A stretch of DNA of 64,000 nucleotides from a virus (IMGVR_UViG_3300043313_001352:50035-114034); one strand, 5' to 3'; shown: positions 7,823 through 18,979, counted from the first letter of the stretch. The notes: a model not told the origin generated them from the sequence alone. Translations and numbers: made by a program.

Positions 7823-10354
7823 CCGTTCTGGACGACCCGCGCCGCTGCGGCGAGCGCCCGCTGCGCGCTGGTGTTCCCCGCGGCCTGCCGGGCCATCACG
7901 CCCAGCTTGCGGACCAGCCGGGTCCGCAGCCGCGCCTCGCTGCGCAGGACGTGCTGGTCGTAGACCATCACCAGCTCGTCGGCCACGTGCGCCTTGAACT
8001 CGTTTGCCGCGTCCGACCGGGACTCCCAGGTCCCGCACGAGCAGCGTCCGTGGTAGGGCCGGACCCACTGCAGCTCGTGCGCCCGGAGCACCCGCATGAT
8101 GGCCTTGGTCACCGAGTCCGGCTCCGTCACCGCTCAGTCACCTGTGCCTCGGGTCCGCCAGCCGGGCTCCCCACAGACCGTGCAGACCACCGAGTCGAAC
8201 GTCGTGATGGGGTACGCCCTGGACCCCCACACCGTCCGCCACCGGTGCGCCCGGTCGAAGCTCTGCCGCAGCACGTGCTGCCGGATCCAACACCTCACTC
8301 CACCACTGTCTCTTGGATCTGCTCGATGATGTGCGCCAGCGCACTGAACGCGTCGCGGTAGTTGATCTCCCGGAACGCGGGCGGCAGGTGGTTCTGGCCG
8401 GTCTTGAAGTCCTCGGGGCGCAGCGCGTCCGCTGCCGCTACCAGCTCGCGCACCCGCTGCAGCTTCGCCGCGTCCGACGCCTCCGGCTCCTTCGGTGGTG
8501 GCGGCGCCTCGCATCCGTCGCACCGGGCCAGGTGGTTGTCGATCACGTCGACCGGCATCGAGGCCAGCGCCGGGTCGTGGTTCTGCAGCTTGGCCTCGCG
8601 CCTCTTGCTCTCCCTGCTCATCACGTCACCGTCCTGGTTCGCTCAGCTCGTGCGGCCGGTCGCACACCGTGCGCACCCGCTGCACGGTGGCCCCGTCGTT
8701 GTCGGTGTACCAGCAGCCGTTGGCCGGGTTGTACAGGCACAGGGTCCCGTCACCGTGGGAGAACGCCCGCGACCAGGCCATCGTGGTGCCGTGCTCGTCG
8801 GTGCCGTAGTGCCCCTCGATCCCGTGCACCGGACAGTCCGGGGCCGGATTGGACGTCGACAGCGCGAAGCCAGGACCGCAGGTACACCCAGCCGCCAACG
8901 GACTCACCCCTGCCCTCTCACGGGTTCATCAGCTCCCTGGCCAGGTCGAGCACCTTGCCCGACAGCTCTTGACGGACCCGGACCTCGGCCATGTGCGAGC
9001 CCAGGTCAGCAACCACCCCGGTCACGTCCAGCACCCCGCGCAGGTGACCGATCGCCGCCATCAGAGACTCGGCGTCGTCCTCACGGATGTCCTTCTCCAG
9101 CACGACGGTCAGGGTGTGATACCGGTCCGTCATCGCTCACTCCGCGGCGTCCCGATCTTGCGGGCCGGTGACGCCGGACGTCCCCAGGTCCAGCCGCAGC
9201 TGTTGCACCACGGTGAGCGCCCGTCTCGGTGCTGCACCTCGTGGTGGGTCGGGCAGTCCGGCGCCCGCTCCCGCGCCCTCGTCAGCGCCTCTGACACCTC
9301 TGACGCCTCGGGCGCCAGCTCACCCTTGCGCCGCCCCACCGCGAGCGCGTCCCCGTCGTCGGGGTTGAGGTGGTTCGCCGCGTCCCACAGCGCCGCCCCA
9401 CGGGCGTCGCCCGAGCCGTGCTCGTCGAAGCGCAGCACCGCCGTGTGCCGCAGCTCACCCGCGGCCCGGTACAGGATCTCCACCTGCGCCGCCTGCTCGG
9501 CCGCGTCCACGATCGAGGCCACCGCCGGAGCCAGCGCCGCCACCTGGTTCAGGTCGGCCGCCACCTCGGTGACCTCATCGACCTGATCGACCTGCATGCT
9601 CCCGGCCACCCCGTCCCACCCGGCGCGCCCGATCAGCAGCAGCACCGCATCCGCGGTCTCCCGCGGTGTCTCCTCGCGGGTCTTCCCGTCCGCGATCCGG
9701 CGCGCGATCAGCCGGGACATCCCCTCGACGCTCGGCACTACTGCTCATCCTCCGGCTCGGCCGGTGCGAGCCCGGCCACCACCGCACGGGCGTAGGAGGC
9801 CCAGCGGGCACAGTTGCCGCACTGGTCGGCGGTGTAGCCGTCGCGCTCCATCCAGGAGAACTCGCGCAGGTGCTCCTCGTGGATCGCCTCCTTGGTCAGC
9901 GCCTCGACCACCCGGCCCCGCTCGATCTCCTCGGCGCCCTCGCGGACCGCGGCCAGCCAGCCGGGCGGGTCCGGGTAGGGCATTTCGGAGCCGTCCAGCC
10001 CGCGCAGCACCAGCATCGTCGGCACCCGCGGATCCTCGCGCAGCTCACGCAGCGTCGGCCGGACCGCCTCGTCCTCGATCGGCGGCACCGAGACCCGCGG
10101 TCCGTTCGGGTCCGGGGCCACCTCGTCCACCGGCCCAGGCTCGGGCGCCACCGGCGCCTGCTCGTCCTGGGTGCTCACAGCACCATCACCAGCCCGTACA
10201 CCACAGCAGCCATCCCGTTGATCATCATCGTGTTGTCGGCCTCCAGCCGTTCGGTATCCACGTCACCCGGCTCGCGCAGGTGGTGCATCCCGAGCACGTC
10301 ACCTGCTGCCATCGACCCGAAGAACACCCCGAGGATCATGGTCAGGTAGGGCAT
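7819..10354 (-). CDS. cluster of ~8 small co-oriented hypothetical genes (7819-8130, ~8134-8298, 8295-8624, 8626-8907, 8918-9133, 9130-9738, 9738-10178, 10175-10354)
   Basis: Abutting or 4-bp-overlapping ORFs with GC3-biased codons, several with CxxC motifs; typical phage accessory region. Confidence 0.6.
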
Positions 10355-10392
10355 GCGTGGACAATAGCGGTTCCCCACTGGAGAATCTGCCA

Positions 10393-10635
10393 ATGTCCGA
10401 ATCCGAGCCCGAATCCGAGTGCGAGATCTGCCAGCACCCGTTCGACCCGCACGCGATGATCGCCACCACCGGCAACCCCCTGGACGGCGGGGTGATGCTG
10501 TGCCCGGATCCGGGCTGCATGTGCTTCGCGACCTGGTCAGCACCAGGCAGCGACGGCCGGACCCAGGTGGTGCTCCCGGACGCCGAGGAGCTGGCCGCGA
10601 TGCGCGCCTTCATCCAAGGGATGCACCTGAACTAG
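10393..10635 (+). CDS. small Cys-rich hypothetical protein
   Basis: CEICQHPFDPH...CPDPGCMC. Confidence 0.6.
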   Translation: MSESEPESECEICQHPFDPHAMIATTGNPLDGGVMLCPDPGCMCFATWSAPGSDGRTQVVLPDAEELAAMRAFIQGMHLN

Positions 10636-10996
10636 CTGCCGTCCTCAGCCAGCCCGGAGACCACCGCCACCATCTCGTGCCCGAGCCCGTAGGCCACCGC
10701 GATCACGAACCCCACCAGCACCAGCACACACCCGGCGAAGAGGGCAGCCTGAAGCAGCCCCCGTGTCGTGATCTTCATCAGGCGGCAGGATCGCCTGGTT
10801 GCCCGCGCAGCGTCTCCACCAGGCAGCGCAGCCGGGTCAGCCGGATCTGCCGCGCCCGGTTGGTCTCCAGGCGCAGCTCGGCCTGCAGTCCGGCGTCCAG
10901 CTCGACCAGCAGCATCGCGGTGTCCGGTGGTGTATGTGAGACGCGCGCGCCCGACGAGACGGACGGGACGGGTGGGATGTCCATGGTGAGGACCAT
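10632..10996 (-). CDS. two small ORFs: membrane peptide 10632-10778 (48 aa) and hypothetical 10778-10996
   Basis: MKITTRGLLQAALFAGCVLVLVGFVIAVAYG... read directly from the sequence; 1-bp overlap between the two. Confidence 0.5.
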
Positions 10997-11038
10997 GCTG
11001 CCACCCCCGCCTGAGGCAGCGCTACTGGGCCAACACCC

Positions 11039-11731
11039 CTACGGCAGCGGGGCTCCCGGCTCCACCACGACCTCGGCGTCCACCGCTGCCTCGGCCTCAG
11101 CCGCTGCATCAGCTTCGGCCGCGGCCTGCGCCTCGGAGAGGATCGAGACCGCCTCGGTGTGCGCGTCCTTGAGTGCGTCCAGCCGGTCCTTGATCACCGC
11201 GGTGATGTCCACTGTGGCGATCTGGGCGTCCACCCGGACGTCGACGCCGCGCACGTAGCCGGTCCGGTCCAGGATCTCCGAGGCAGCCTTGGCGCGCACC
11301 CCCATCGGGGAGTCCTCGTCGTCCATCGCCATCTCCAGCGTGCGGGTCGCCTTGGGCACCAGCCGGGTCAGGTTGGTCGCGGTCTCCTTGGCCACCGCCT
11401 CGGCCAGCTCCGGCGGGGCGTAGTAGTCCACCCCCATCTGCCGGGCGTGGTCCAGGCAGTAGCGGCTCTTGGTCGGGTCGGCCAGCAGCACCTCGCACTG
11501 GATCCGCTTGGCCCCGGAGTAGTAGCCGATCCCGTCCTCGGAGTTGCGGTTGAACATGCACGCCCACGGGTTGAAGGTGCGCACCTCCCACGGCAGCCCG
11601 GCGTAGTAGTCCAGCTCGCTCTGCAGGAGCGGCTTGGCGGGCAGCCACGGGCGCGGCGCACCGGCGCTCGTCGTCCCCTCCTCGGGCTCAGGAAACGGCG
11701 AGGGCTCCATCCCCAGCGGTTCGCTTGTCAT
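11039..11731 (-). CDS. hypothetical protein, possibly terminase small subunit-like
   Basis: C-terminal LVPKATRTLEMAMDD...VRAKAASEILDRTGY helical motif seen in phage DNA-packaging/HTH proteins; Cys/His cluster N-terminal to it. Confidence 0.45.
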   Translation of the reverse strand: MTSEPLGMEPSPFPEPEEGTTSAGAPRPWLPAKPLLQSELDYYAGLPWEVRTFNPWACMFNRNSEDGIGYYSGAKRIQCEVLLADPTKSRYCLDHARQMGVDYYAPPELAEAVAKETATNLTRLVPKATRTLEMAMDDEDSPMGVRAKAASEILDRTGYVRGVDVRVDAQIATVDITAVIKDRLDALKDAHTEAVSILSEAQAAAEADAAAEAEAAVDAEVVVEPGAPLP

Positions 11732-11820
11732 AGTCGCAAGATACCAACCTTGGGCTCGATTGCACCCGTCTCAGTGGTTGCAGTTTTCCACAGGTTGTTG
11801 ACAAACCTGTGGACTCAGGG

Positions 11821-12317
11821 TCAGCCTGCGCCGCCGCACCGGGACACCGAGTAGAACCAGGACAGCTCGTGCAGCTCGGTGACCTTGGACTGCGCCGAGG
11901 TCACCGCGGCGGTGTCGAACGTCTCGTCACGCTCGCGCGCCGCGAGCACGGCCTCCCAGATCTCGGCCCGACTCGCGGCGCCGTAACCGTAGGTCACGTC
12001 TCCCCGTTGCCCTCGTGCTGGCGTGGACCGTCCTCCTCGACGCGCCGGAACGTCACCGGCGTGCCGAGCAGCTTGTAGATCTCCTGGGCCTTCTCGGCGT
12101 CGATCGCCACCCACAGCCACTTGTCCCCCCACGGCGACATCATCTCGATGTGGAAGTCCTCGCCGACGATCCCGGCCAGCACGTCGACGGCCTCACCGTC
12201 ACCGGTGGCCTCCTCCAGCTGCTCCAGCACCTCGGCGTCCAGCTCGGGTTCCTTGCCGTAGTCCTCGGCGCCCTCCTGGGTGGTCACCATCACCACCGGC
12301 TCGTTCATCTCGCTCAT
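11821..12317 (-). CDS. two small hypothetical genes (~11821-11997, 11994-12317)
   Basis: 4-bp overlaps downstream of the primase-helicase. Confidence 0.55.
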
Positions 12318-14701
12318 ACCAGCCTCCCGCCAACCATCAGCTTCCTCTTCTTGTCGTAGGTCATCCGCAGTGTTCGGCAGGTGTTCTCCAGCTCGTCGCG
12401 GGTCGCTGCCTTGCTGAGCTTGGGTGCATCCTCACCGGCGAACATCACCCAGGTGTTGAACGAGACCACCATGTCGGCGTGGGTGAAGGTGTCCAGCGCA
12501 CTGCCGGTGACCTCCAGGCAGGCGCCGGACCACTTCGCGAAGATGTTGTGCTTGGCCCGCTCGTCGGTGGCGGTCTCGGCCCACGCCGAGGTGTCGCCCC
12601 AGCCGTGCTCGGCCCACGCCTTGGCACCCTCCAGCATCCAGGCCAGCGCCAGTCGTAGCTCGGCCGGTTGCCGGGTGATCTGTGACCTCAGGTCGGGGAT
12701 CACCTCGCGCTCGCTCATCGAGTACTCGAAGGGGAAGAACTTCAGCCGCCGCCAGACCGCCTCGTCGGGGATCTCCAGCGCGTGGTTGGTGGAGAGCCAC
12801 AGCGAGCACTCCGGCACGAAGGAGATCTCCTCCTTGCCGTAGGGCAGCCGCCCGGACAGCGAGTCGCCCCCGGACAGGCTCTTCAGCATCGGCAGGTTGA
12901 CCTCGGCCTTCATCGGCGGCTCGGAGAAGGTCAGCACCCGCTGGCCCACGATCGCGGCCACCGAGAAGTCCGGGTTGCCCTTGTCCCCGAACAGCAGGTT
13001 GTGGCTCATCGCCTTGCCGTAGGAGCCGACCACCTTGAGCAGGATCTCGCTGAACGTCGACTTGCCCGAGCGGGTCGGGCCTTTCAGCACGAAGACCGCG
13101 TCCACGTCGCCGTCCACACCGCGGCGTCCGTACAGCGAGGCTCCGGCCGCGCGTTGCAGCAGCCGGAGGTTGTCGGGTCCCATCTGGTGTTCCAGGTCGG
13201 TGACGAACTTGTGGAACCAGCGTCCTTGCCCACCCTCGGAGGCCACGTCCCACAGGTGCTTGAACTCCCCACCTGGCCCGTCGTCGTACGGCGCCCCCAA
13301 CGCCTTCGAGACCCGCCTGGTCCGGGCGTCCAGCTCGCATTCACCTGTCCGCAGATTCACCAGCCGCCCGATCCCGGCCGTCACCGGCAGCCCGGCGATC
13401 CAGCCCTCGGCGTCCCAGTTCAAGGCCGAGGGCACCAGCACCCGCTCGTCGGACTGCAGGTCGCCCAGGATCGAGGCGGTGGGTCGCTGCTGGGCCTTGC
13501 CCGCCCACTTGAACGCGTCCTTGCTCAGAGTGTCCTTGCCGTCCAGCTTGGACTGCCTGCCCTCGGCCAGGTGGATGTCGGGCATGTCCATGCAGTAGGA
13601 CTTCAGCATCGTCTCGCTGCGCTCCGGCCCACCCCAGCCGGACTCGGTCCAGACCCGCCAGGACAACCCTGGTGTGTAGAGCATCTTGTCGCCGTGGGTG
13701 TCGATCAGCCGCCGTACATCGCCGCGTCGGGTGTAGGTCCGCGGATCCCCGCCCACCAGCGGAGTCCCAGGACGTGTCCGCCACGGGTCGTCCCGGTCGA
13801 TCCGGGCGACGTCGTCGACCAGCCCGGCCGCGGTCAGACGCATCATCAGCGCCGAGGTGGCATTGGTCAGTCCGGCGATCGGGTCGACCAGCACCTTCGA
13901 GCCGCCGGACCACTCATAGCCTGCCCTGGGCGCCAGTACCGCGAACGCGCCGTCACCGAGCACCCAGACCCCGGTGACCAGCTCGATCTGGGTGCGGCCA
14001 CCCATCACCGCCTCGGACTCCCCGATCCGGAAGAACCAGTGCTGGCCCCCCGACGGAGTGGTCTGGGTGAGCACGTGCCCGGTCATCTTGAACCGCGCCC
14101 TGGTCATCTCGGCGTGCTCGCCGACGTCGAGGACCACGATCTTGGACTCCGAGCCGGTCAGCACCGCCAGCCCGATCCACCCGGCCTTGACCCTCAAGTC
14201 CGAGGCGGGGAAGACCCGCTCGACGTCTTCTTCGACGCGGGCCACGCCCAGTCCGGAGACCAGGTGCTTGCCCCAGGTGGTGCAGGCTTCGCCGTCCTTG
14301 CAGCAGCAGCCGACCAGCCCGGAGGCTGCGGCGCCCGGCACCGCGTCCACCGGCATCCAGACCGGCGCGATCGCCCAGCCGAACTGGGTGATGTAGCCGC
14401 GTGCCCAGCGCCACAGGTTCTTGACCGCGTCCGGGATCGGTGGCTCGGCGCCCGCCGGTGGCACCCCCGGAGGAGTCGGCGGACGTGGCGGGGTCGGCGG
14501 GCCACCCACCACACCACTCTCACCAGGCGCCGGTGGCGGTCCTGGTGTTGAGGGCATCCCCACGCCGGGCGGGGGCGGTGCGGCGCTGTCCACGCTCACG
14601 GGTCCGGGGTCCCGTGCATCGTCGTGGTGAACGGGCTCTCCAGGGCCTCCAGCTCCCGCTCCCGGCCCCACTGCTCCATCCAGCTTGTCTCGTCCCGCCA
14701 T
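12314..14701 (-). CDS. bifunctional Prim-Pol primase / D5-like SF3 helicase (start uncertain)
   Basis: Prim-Pol motifs GLAVLTG..IVVLDVG and TPSGGQHWFF; Walker A GPTRSGKST; LKSLSGGDSLSGR...LWLSTNH...AVWRRLKFFPF. Confidence 0.9.
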   Translation of the reverse strand: MAGRDKLDGAVGPGAGAGGPGEPVHHDDARDPGPVSVDSAAPPPPGVGMPSTPGPPPAPGESGVVGGPPTPPRPPTPPGVPPAGAEPPIPDAVKNLWRWARGYITQFGWAIAPVWMPVDAVPGAAASGLVGCCCKDGEACTTWGKHLVSGLGVARVEEDVERVFPASDLRVKAGWIGLAVLTGSESKIVVLDVGEHAEMTRARFKMTGHVLTQTTPSGGQHWFFRIGESEAVMGGRTQIELVTGVWVLGDGAFAVLAPRAGYEWSGGSKVLVDPIAGLTNATSALMMRLTAAGLVDDVARIDRDDPWRTRPGTPLVGGDPRTYTRRGDVRRLIDTHGDKMLYTPGLSWRVWTESGWGGPERSETMLKSYCMDMPDIHLAEGRQSKLDGKDTLSKDAFKWAGKAQQRPTASILGDLQSDERVLVPSALNWDAEGWIAGLPVTAGIGRLVNLRTGECELDARTRRVSKALGAPYDDGPGGEFKHLWDVASEGGQGRWFHKFVTDLEHQMGPDNLRLLQRAAGASLYGRRGVDGDVDAVFVLKGPTRSGKSTFSEILLKVVGSYGKAMSHNLLFGDKGNPDFSVAAIVGQRVLTFSEPPMKAEVNLPMLKSLSGGDSLSGRLPYGKEEISFVPECSLWLSTNHALEIPDEAVWRRLKFFPFEYSMSEREVIPDLRSQITRQPAELRLALAWMLEGAKAWAEHGWGDTSAWAETATDERAKHNIFAKWSGACLEVTGSALDTFTHADMVVSFNTWVMFAGEDAPKLSKAATRDELENTCRTLRMTYDKKRKLMVGGRLV

Positions 14702-15978
14702 GGTCCCGAGAGCCTCCCCACCACCACGTCACTCCCGTCTTCACCTGCGCTGATACGACGACGTGCCTCGTCCACATCACCTGCGCAGGCGAGGTCGACC
14801 CAGGCACGCCACTTGCTGATCACCCCGACGCCAGCAGCCGTGCCCCGACGCCCAGAGCCCCGTAGTCCGGACGCGAACCCGGTCGCGGGGGAGTCCGAGT
14901 AGACCACCAATAGGTTCGGCATGTCGGCGTAGACCACGGCGGATCGCTCACCGGCGTCGAACCCGCTGCTTGAGCCCGCGTCGTCGAGCTTCCCCGGACG
15001 CTCCCAGATCTGTTCACGTCCGGCGGGGTCCGGGCCGGACACGCACCGCCACCCGAAGGGGACCAGCACGTCCTCCCAGCCCAGCACTTCATCCGCGATC
15101 CTGTCCAGGTCCCCGAGCACTGGGCCAACGCTGGTCCACTCCCCACCAGCCTCATCCGCGCCACCGGCCCCGTCGGTGTAACCAGGGGAGTAGCGCTCCA
15201 GCAGCCAGTCCAGGAAGTCGCCCTCGCCGGGCCAGTCGTCGGTAACGTCAGTGACCTGCGCGGCCAGAGCGTCAGTGACGTTTGCCAGGCTGAGACGCCC
15301 GTCCCAGCTCTTGGACGACCCTGGCCAGCGGATCACACCCGAGGGGCGGGCGGCATCCTCGTCGGGTCCGGCGCGCCAGTTCAGGGTGCCCGGCATCCGC
15401 ATCACCCGCGTGGTGTCCCAGACCCGGTCGATCTTCTTGGTCGAGGTCTCCCCGACCCAGCCGACGAGTGCCCGGACCAGGCGCGAAGCCTCCACCCCTG
15501 GCACCGGTTCCCTCAAGGGAACCCAGTACTGCAGCCCCCAGCCGGAGCCGATCACGAGACTCGCCTCCGCGAGCACGGGTCCCAGGCACATGTCCACGAT
15601 GTCCACGGCCTCACCGAGGTGGCTGAAGTAGTCGTCGCCCTCGCGTCCGGGCGCCTGGCAGTCGACGTCGAGCCACAGCGCTCCGGCGTGTCCACGCAGC
15701 GCTGCGCCGCCGCGCGGGTAGGGACGGCTCTTCGAGCCGTGCGGCTTCTCGGTGAGCCCGACGCAGCCCATGTAGATCTCGCGGCCCTGCTCGGACCACC
15801 AGGCCAGCTGCTTGATCGTGTCCGGGGCCAGCAGGGTGGCCACGTCCCAGTGCTGGGCGTGCCACTTCCCGCGTGGGCTCTTGATCGAGACCTCGACCAG
15901 CTCACGTCCAGCCGCCCATCCGTAGAGCCCCATGAGCACCCTGCGGGCGCTCTCAGGCGTGTGGTCCACCTCGGTCAT
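14596..15978 (-). CDS. RepB-like/AEP-family DNA primase
   Basis: ALWLDVD...SGWGLQYW...IDRVWDTTRVMRMPGTLN. Confidence 0.8.
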   Translation of the reverse strand: MTEVDHTPESARRVLMGLYGWAAGRELVEVSIKSPRGKWHAQHWDVATLLAPDTIKQLAWWSEQGREIYMGCVGLTEKPHGSKSRPYPRGGAALRGHAGALWLDVDCQAPGREGDDYFSHLGEAVDIVDMCLGPVLAEASLVIGSGWGLQYWVPLREPVPGVEASRLVRALVGWVGETSTKKIDRVWDTTRVMRMPGTLNWRAGPDEDAARPSGVIRWPGSSKSWDGRLSLANVTDALAAQVTDVTDDWPGEGDFLDWLLERYSPGYTDGAGGADEAGGEWTSVGPVLGDLDRIADEVLGWEDVLVPFGWRCVSGPDPAGREQIWERPGKLDDAGSSSGFDAGERSAVVYADMPNLLVVYSDSPATGFASGLRGSGRRGTAAGVGVISKWRAWVDLACAGDVDEARRRISAGEDGSDVVVGRLSGPWRDETSWMEQWGRERELEALESPFTTTMHGTPDP

Positions 15979-16078
15979 CGTCGCTCCGTCCTTAGCCCCG
16001 GCGCGTGCGGAGCACTGGTCAACGCTCACGGCTTGGGCGAGACAACACTACAGCGGATGGTCAGCCTGCTCCATCTGG

Positions 16079-16282
16079 CTACAGCGCTGTTTCATCACCG
16101 GATACTCGCTTGCGCCCGCGCTCCTTGTACAGCCAGGTGTACTCGGTTCGGCGCTGCTCGGGGCTCATCGCGAGGTACCGCTGGACCCGCACCGAGCGGA
16201 TCGTCATCACTCGCGACCAGGCCGTCAGCCAGTCGCTGGGATAGCGGTTGTGCATCGAGCGGACGTCCGAGACCAGGCCCAT
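16079..16282 (-). CDS. hypothetical protein
   Basis: ORF between the structural gene and the primase. Confidence 0.5.
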   Translation of the reverse strand: MGLVSDVRSMHNRYPSDWLTAWSRVMTIRSVRVQRYLAMSPEQRRTEYTWLYKERGRKRVSGDETAL

Positions 16283-16297
16283 CGCTCGACCCTAGAC

Positions 16298-16885
16298 CTA
16301 GAGGTTTCGGTTCAGCTGGATGGTCAGGTCGGCACCCGGCGCGTCGGTGGAGCCGACCTTCTCCACGTAGGCCGCGACGTAGGTGTTCATCGGGTGGTTG
16401 GCGACGAAGTCACTCTCGCCCAGCGTGGCCGAGACGTTCTGCCCGGCCGGGATCACCAGCTTCCCGGCCGCCAGGATGCTGGTCTGGGTGGTCTCGTCGT
16501 AGGTCGGGCCACTCAGCGTCCCGGCCACCACCAGGTCCACCTCGACATCGGCATCGGCCGGGGTGAGCAGGCTGGCCTTGGCCGACTTGAAGGTGGCCGC
16601 GCGCTCGGTGACGTTCCAGACCAGCGGCATCAGGATCGTCTGGGTCACGTTCAGCGCCCCGGTCAGGTACCAGGTGTTGGCCACCAGCCGAGCCTGCTCG
16701 ATGCTGCCGTCCGCCGCGGTCAGCCCGGCCAGCGTCAGCTCGACCTGGCTCATCCGGGCGGTCAGGTCCAGCACGGCCCGGTTCACGTCGTTGTGCAGCT
16801 CGGAGTGCGAGGGGTTCGTCAGCAGCGCGGTGTTGTCGATGTTGGTCGGCAGGCTGTACTCGACCCCTGCGGGGGTGACCGTCAT
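16298..16885 (-). CDS. virion structural / minor tail-associated protein
   Basis: Beta-rich, ends VEKVGSTDAPGADLTIQL as in phage tail-fibre C-terminal modules. Confidence 0.6.
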   Translation of the reverse strand: MTVTPAGVEYSLPTNIDNTALLTNPSHSELHNDVNRAVLDLTARMSQVELTLAGLTAADGSIEQARLVANTWYLTGALNVTQTILMPLVWNVTERAATFKSAKASLLTPADADVEVDLVVAGTLSGPTYDETTQTSILAAGKLVIPAGQNVSATLGESDFVANHPMNTYVAAYVEKVGSTDAPGADLTIQLNRNL

Positions 16886-16917
16886 TCAGCCAGGTTAGTC
16901 AAACACCGGGCGCCGGT

Positions 16918-17877
16918 CTATGCGCCGTCGAGCACCCGGACCAGCTGCTCGTCGTCCCAGGTGTGCGCCCCGGTCATGTAGTCCCCTGGCCGGACCTTGA
17001 CCGCCAGTGCCCGCGCTGCCATCCCGCGCGCCTCGACCCACCGCTCCTGGCCCACGTACAGGTCGACCAGGTCCACCACCGCGTCGCGCCGATCGGGAGC
17101 CTCGGCCAGCGCCTTGAGCAGCCACCGCTCCGGGTAGTGGTCCATCTTGGCCAGGTACCGGTACGCCTCGGCACGCTCGGCGGTCCAGGTCGCCTGCGGC
17201 ATCTCCAGGTAGGACACGAAGGTGTCCCGCGCGATCTCCCAGCGACCCACGAAGAAGTACTCGCGCGCCAGGTAGAACCGCTGCCGCGGGTTGCGCGGCT
17301 CCTCGCGTACCGCCAGCTCCAGCAGTTCCAGGTAGTTCCGGCGCGACTTCGTCGCGTCGGCGTGGTGCTCGATGGCGAACCCACCCGGAGCCGGGGGTGC
17401 GTCCAGGTCACCGCGCGAGGCCGAGGGCACCAGCACCTCGTGCACCGCACCGTGCCACTTCCAGCCCTCACGCGAGTAGCACCGGTCCGCGGTGAACTGC
17501 ACGTCGGGCACACCGGGCTCGATCCAGGACCAGACGTAGGTGTAGGACCACCGGCGCGGGTAGGGGTCCTCGACGATCGCTACCTCCAGTGCGGCGCGCC
17601 AGCCGGGCACCAGCACCTCGTCAGCGTCCAGGGTGATCACCACGTCGACCTCGGGTGGCAGCAGCGCCAGCCCGGCGTTGCGAGCCAGGTCGAAGCGCCA
17701 CGGCGCGACGTGGATCGGGGTCACGTCGATGTCCAGGTCACTGGCCAGCTCGACGGTGCCGTCAGTGCTGCCGGTGTCCGCGATCTGCAGCAGGTCTGCC
17801 TCCTCGGCCGACTCGGCCCAACGGGGCAGGTTCTTCTCCTCGTTCAAGGTGATCGTGTGCACGGCGATCACGCTCAT
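16918..17877 (-). CDS. glycosyltransferase family 2 with TPR repeats
   Basis: ITLNEEKNL...ADTGSTDGT...FDLARNAGL...LDADE...VHEVL, followed by TPR-like helices. Confidence 0.9.
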   Translation of the reverse strand: MSVIAVHTITLNEEKNLPRWAESAEEADLLQIADTGSTDGTVELASDLDIDVTPIHVAPWRFDLARNAGLALLPPEVDVVITLDADEVLVPGWRAALEVAIVEDPYPRRWSYTYVWSWIEPGVPDVQFTADRCYSREGWKWHGAVHEVLVPSASRGDLDAPPAPGGFAIEHHADATKSRRNYLELLELAVREEPRNPRQRFYLAREYFFVGRWEIARDTFVSYLEMPQATWTAERAEAYRYLAKMDHYPERWLLKALAEAPDRRDAVVDLVDLYVGQERWVEARGMAARALAVKVRPGDYMTGAHTWDDEQLVRVLDGA

Positions 17878-18301
17878 GCTGGCCTCGGTCCTGGGTTCTT
17901 GTTGCCCATCTTGAGGTTCATCGCCCGCCAGCAGGCGTCGCCCTCGGCGCCCTTCTGGTCGTGCGCGGGGTAGTCGTCACCGAACCAGCGTCGCCACCAC
18001 GGGCGCGATGGCAGCGGCTCCCCGCAGATCAGGCAGGTCCGCACCTCAGCCTCAGGCATCACGGCACCCGCGCCTATCCACGTCGGGCGATCAGCATGTT
18101 CACGTAGTCGACCACCTGCTCCAGATCGGTGGCGTTCTCGATCACCTGGACCAGCTCGGTGCTCTCCTCATCCGAGAGCGGCGGCAGTGGCGCGGGCTTC
18201 TTCGGGGGACGTTCCTGCACCGTGGTGCTCGGGTTGGCGGCGGCCTCGTCGGCCGTGACGTACTGCCCGGACTCAGAGGAACGACTACGGCTTCTGGACA
18301 T
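17874..18301 (-). CDS. two small hypotheticals (17874-18062; 18074-18301)
   Basis: The second carries the conserved RSSESGQYVTADEAAANPSTTVQE-type motif. Confidence 0.55.
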
Positions 18302-18394
18302 GGGATTCTCACTTTCTGGCAACCTGAGTGGTGTTCACACAACCTCTCAGACCACTACAGTGTTGGACAACCGCCGCCGTGTGAAGGGGCTCCC

Positions 18395-18979
18395 ATGTCG
18401 CTGTCCATGCACGAAGATCTGCTCTGGCCACAGACCCTGGAGACCGCCTCCGAACGGCACATCCTGGTTGCCCTCTACAAGAAGACAGAAAGGCTGGAGA
18501 TCGCAGTGACCGAACTCAGTCAGGCAGTGGAACAGCTCAAGACGTCGGTGGCCGATCTGGCCGACACCGTCAACTCTCAGGTCGAGCCGCTCCAGGAGGC
18601 CCTGGCTGCAGCGCAGCAGGCACTGGACGACTTCACCGTGGCCGACCTCGCCGAGGACGCCGACTTCCAGGCCGAGATCGACAGCCTCAAGTCCGACGTG
18701 CAGTCCAAGGTCCAGGAGGCCCAGGACGCGGCCAACCAGATCCAGGCGTCGGTCCAGCAGATCCAGACGGTGCGCGACGACATCGAGAACCAGACCGGCG
18801 AGGAGGCCGGTGCGACCGGTCCCGACGGCGGCGGTGAGGAGACCGGAGCCACCGGCCCGACCGGTCCCGAGGGTGGTGACGAGACCGGCGCCACGGGTCC
18901 CACCGGAGACGACGCCGGTGACACCGACACCGGAGCGACCGGCCCGACCGGGCCGGAGGAGCCCCCGGTAAACCCCTAG
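18395..18979 (+). CDS. acidic coiled-coil protein with collagen-like (GATGPTG) tail (start 18395 or GTG 18506)
   Basis: Heptad-rich region followed by 4 x ETGATGP(TG) repeats. Confidence 0.7.
   Translation: MSLSMHEDLLWPQTLETASERHILVALYKKTERLEIAVTELSQAVEQLKTSVADLADTVNSQVEPLQEALAAAQQALDDFTVADLAEDADFQAEIDSLKSDVQSKVQEAQDAANQIQASVQQIQTVRDDIENQTGEEAGATGPDGGGEETGATGPTGPEGGDETGATGPTGDDAGDTDTGATGPTGPEEPPVNP

Noticed and set aside
12782-14551. Long antisense ORFs (e.g. 12782-14551, 56707-58665, 16963-17973)
   Set aside because: Shadow frames opposite well-supported genes in high-GC DNA.
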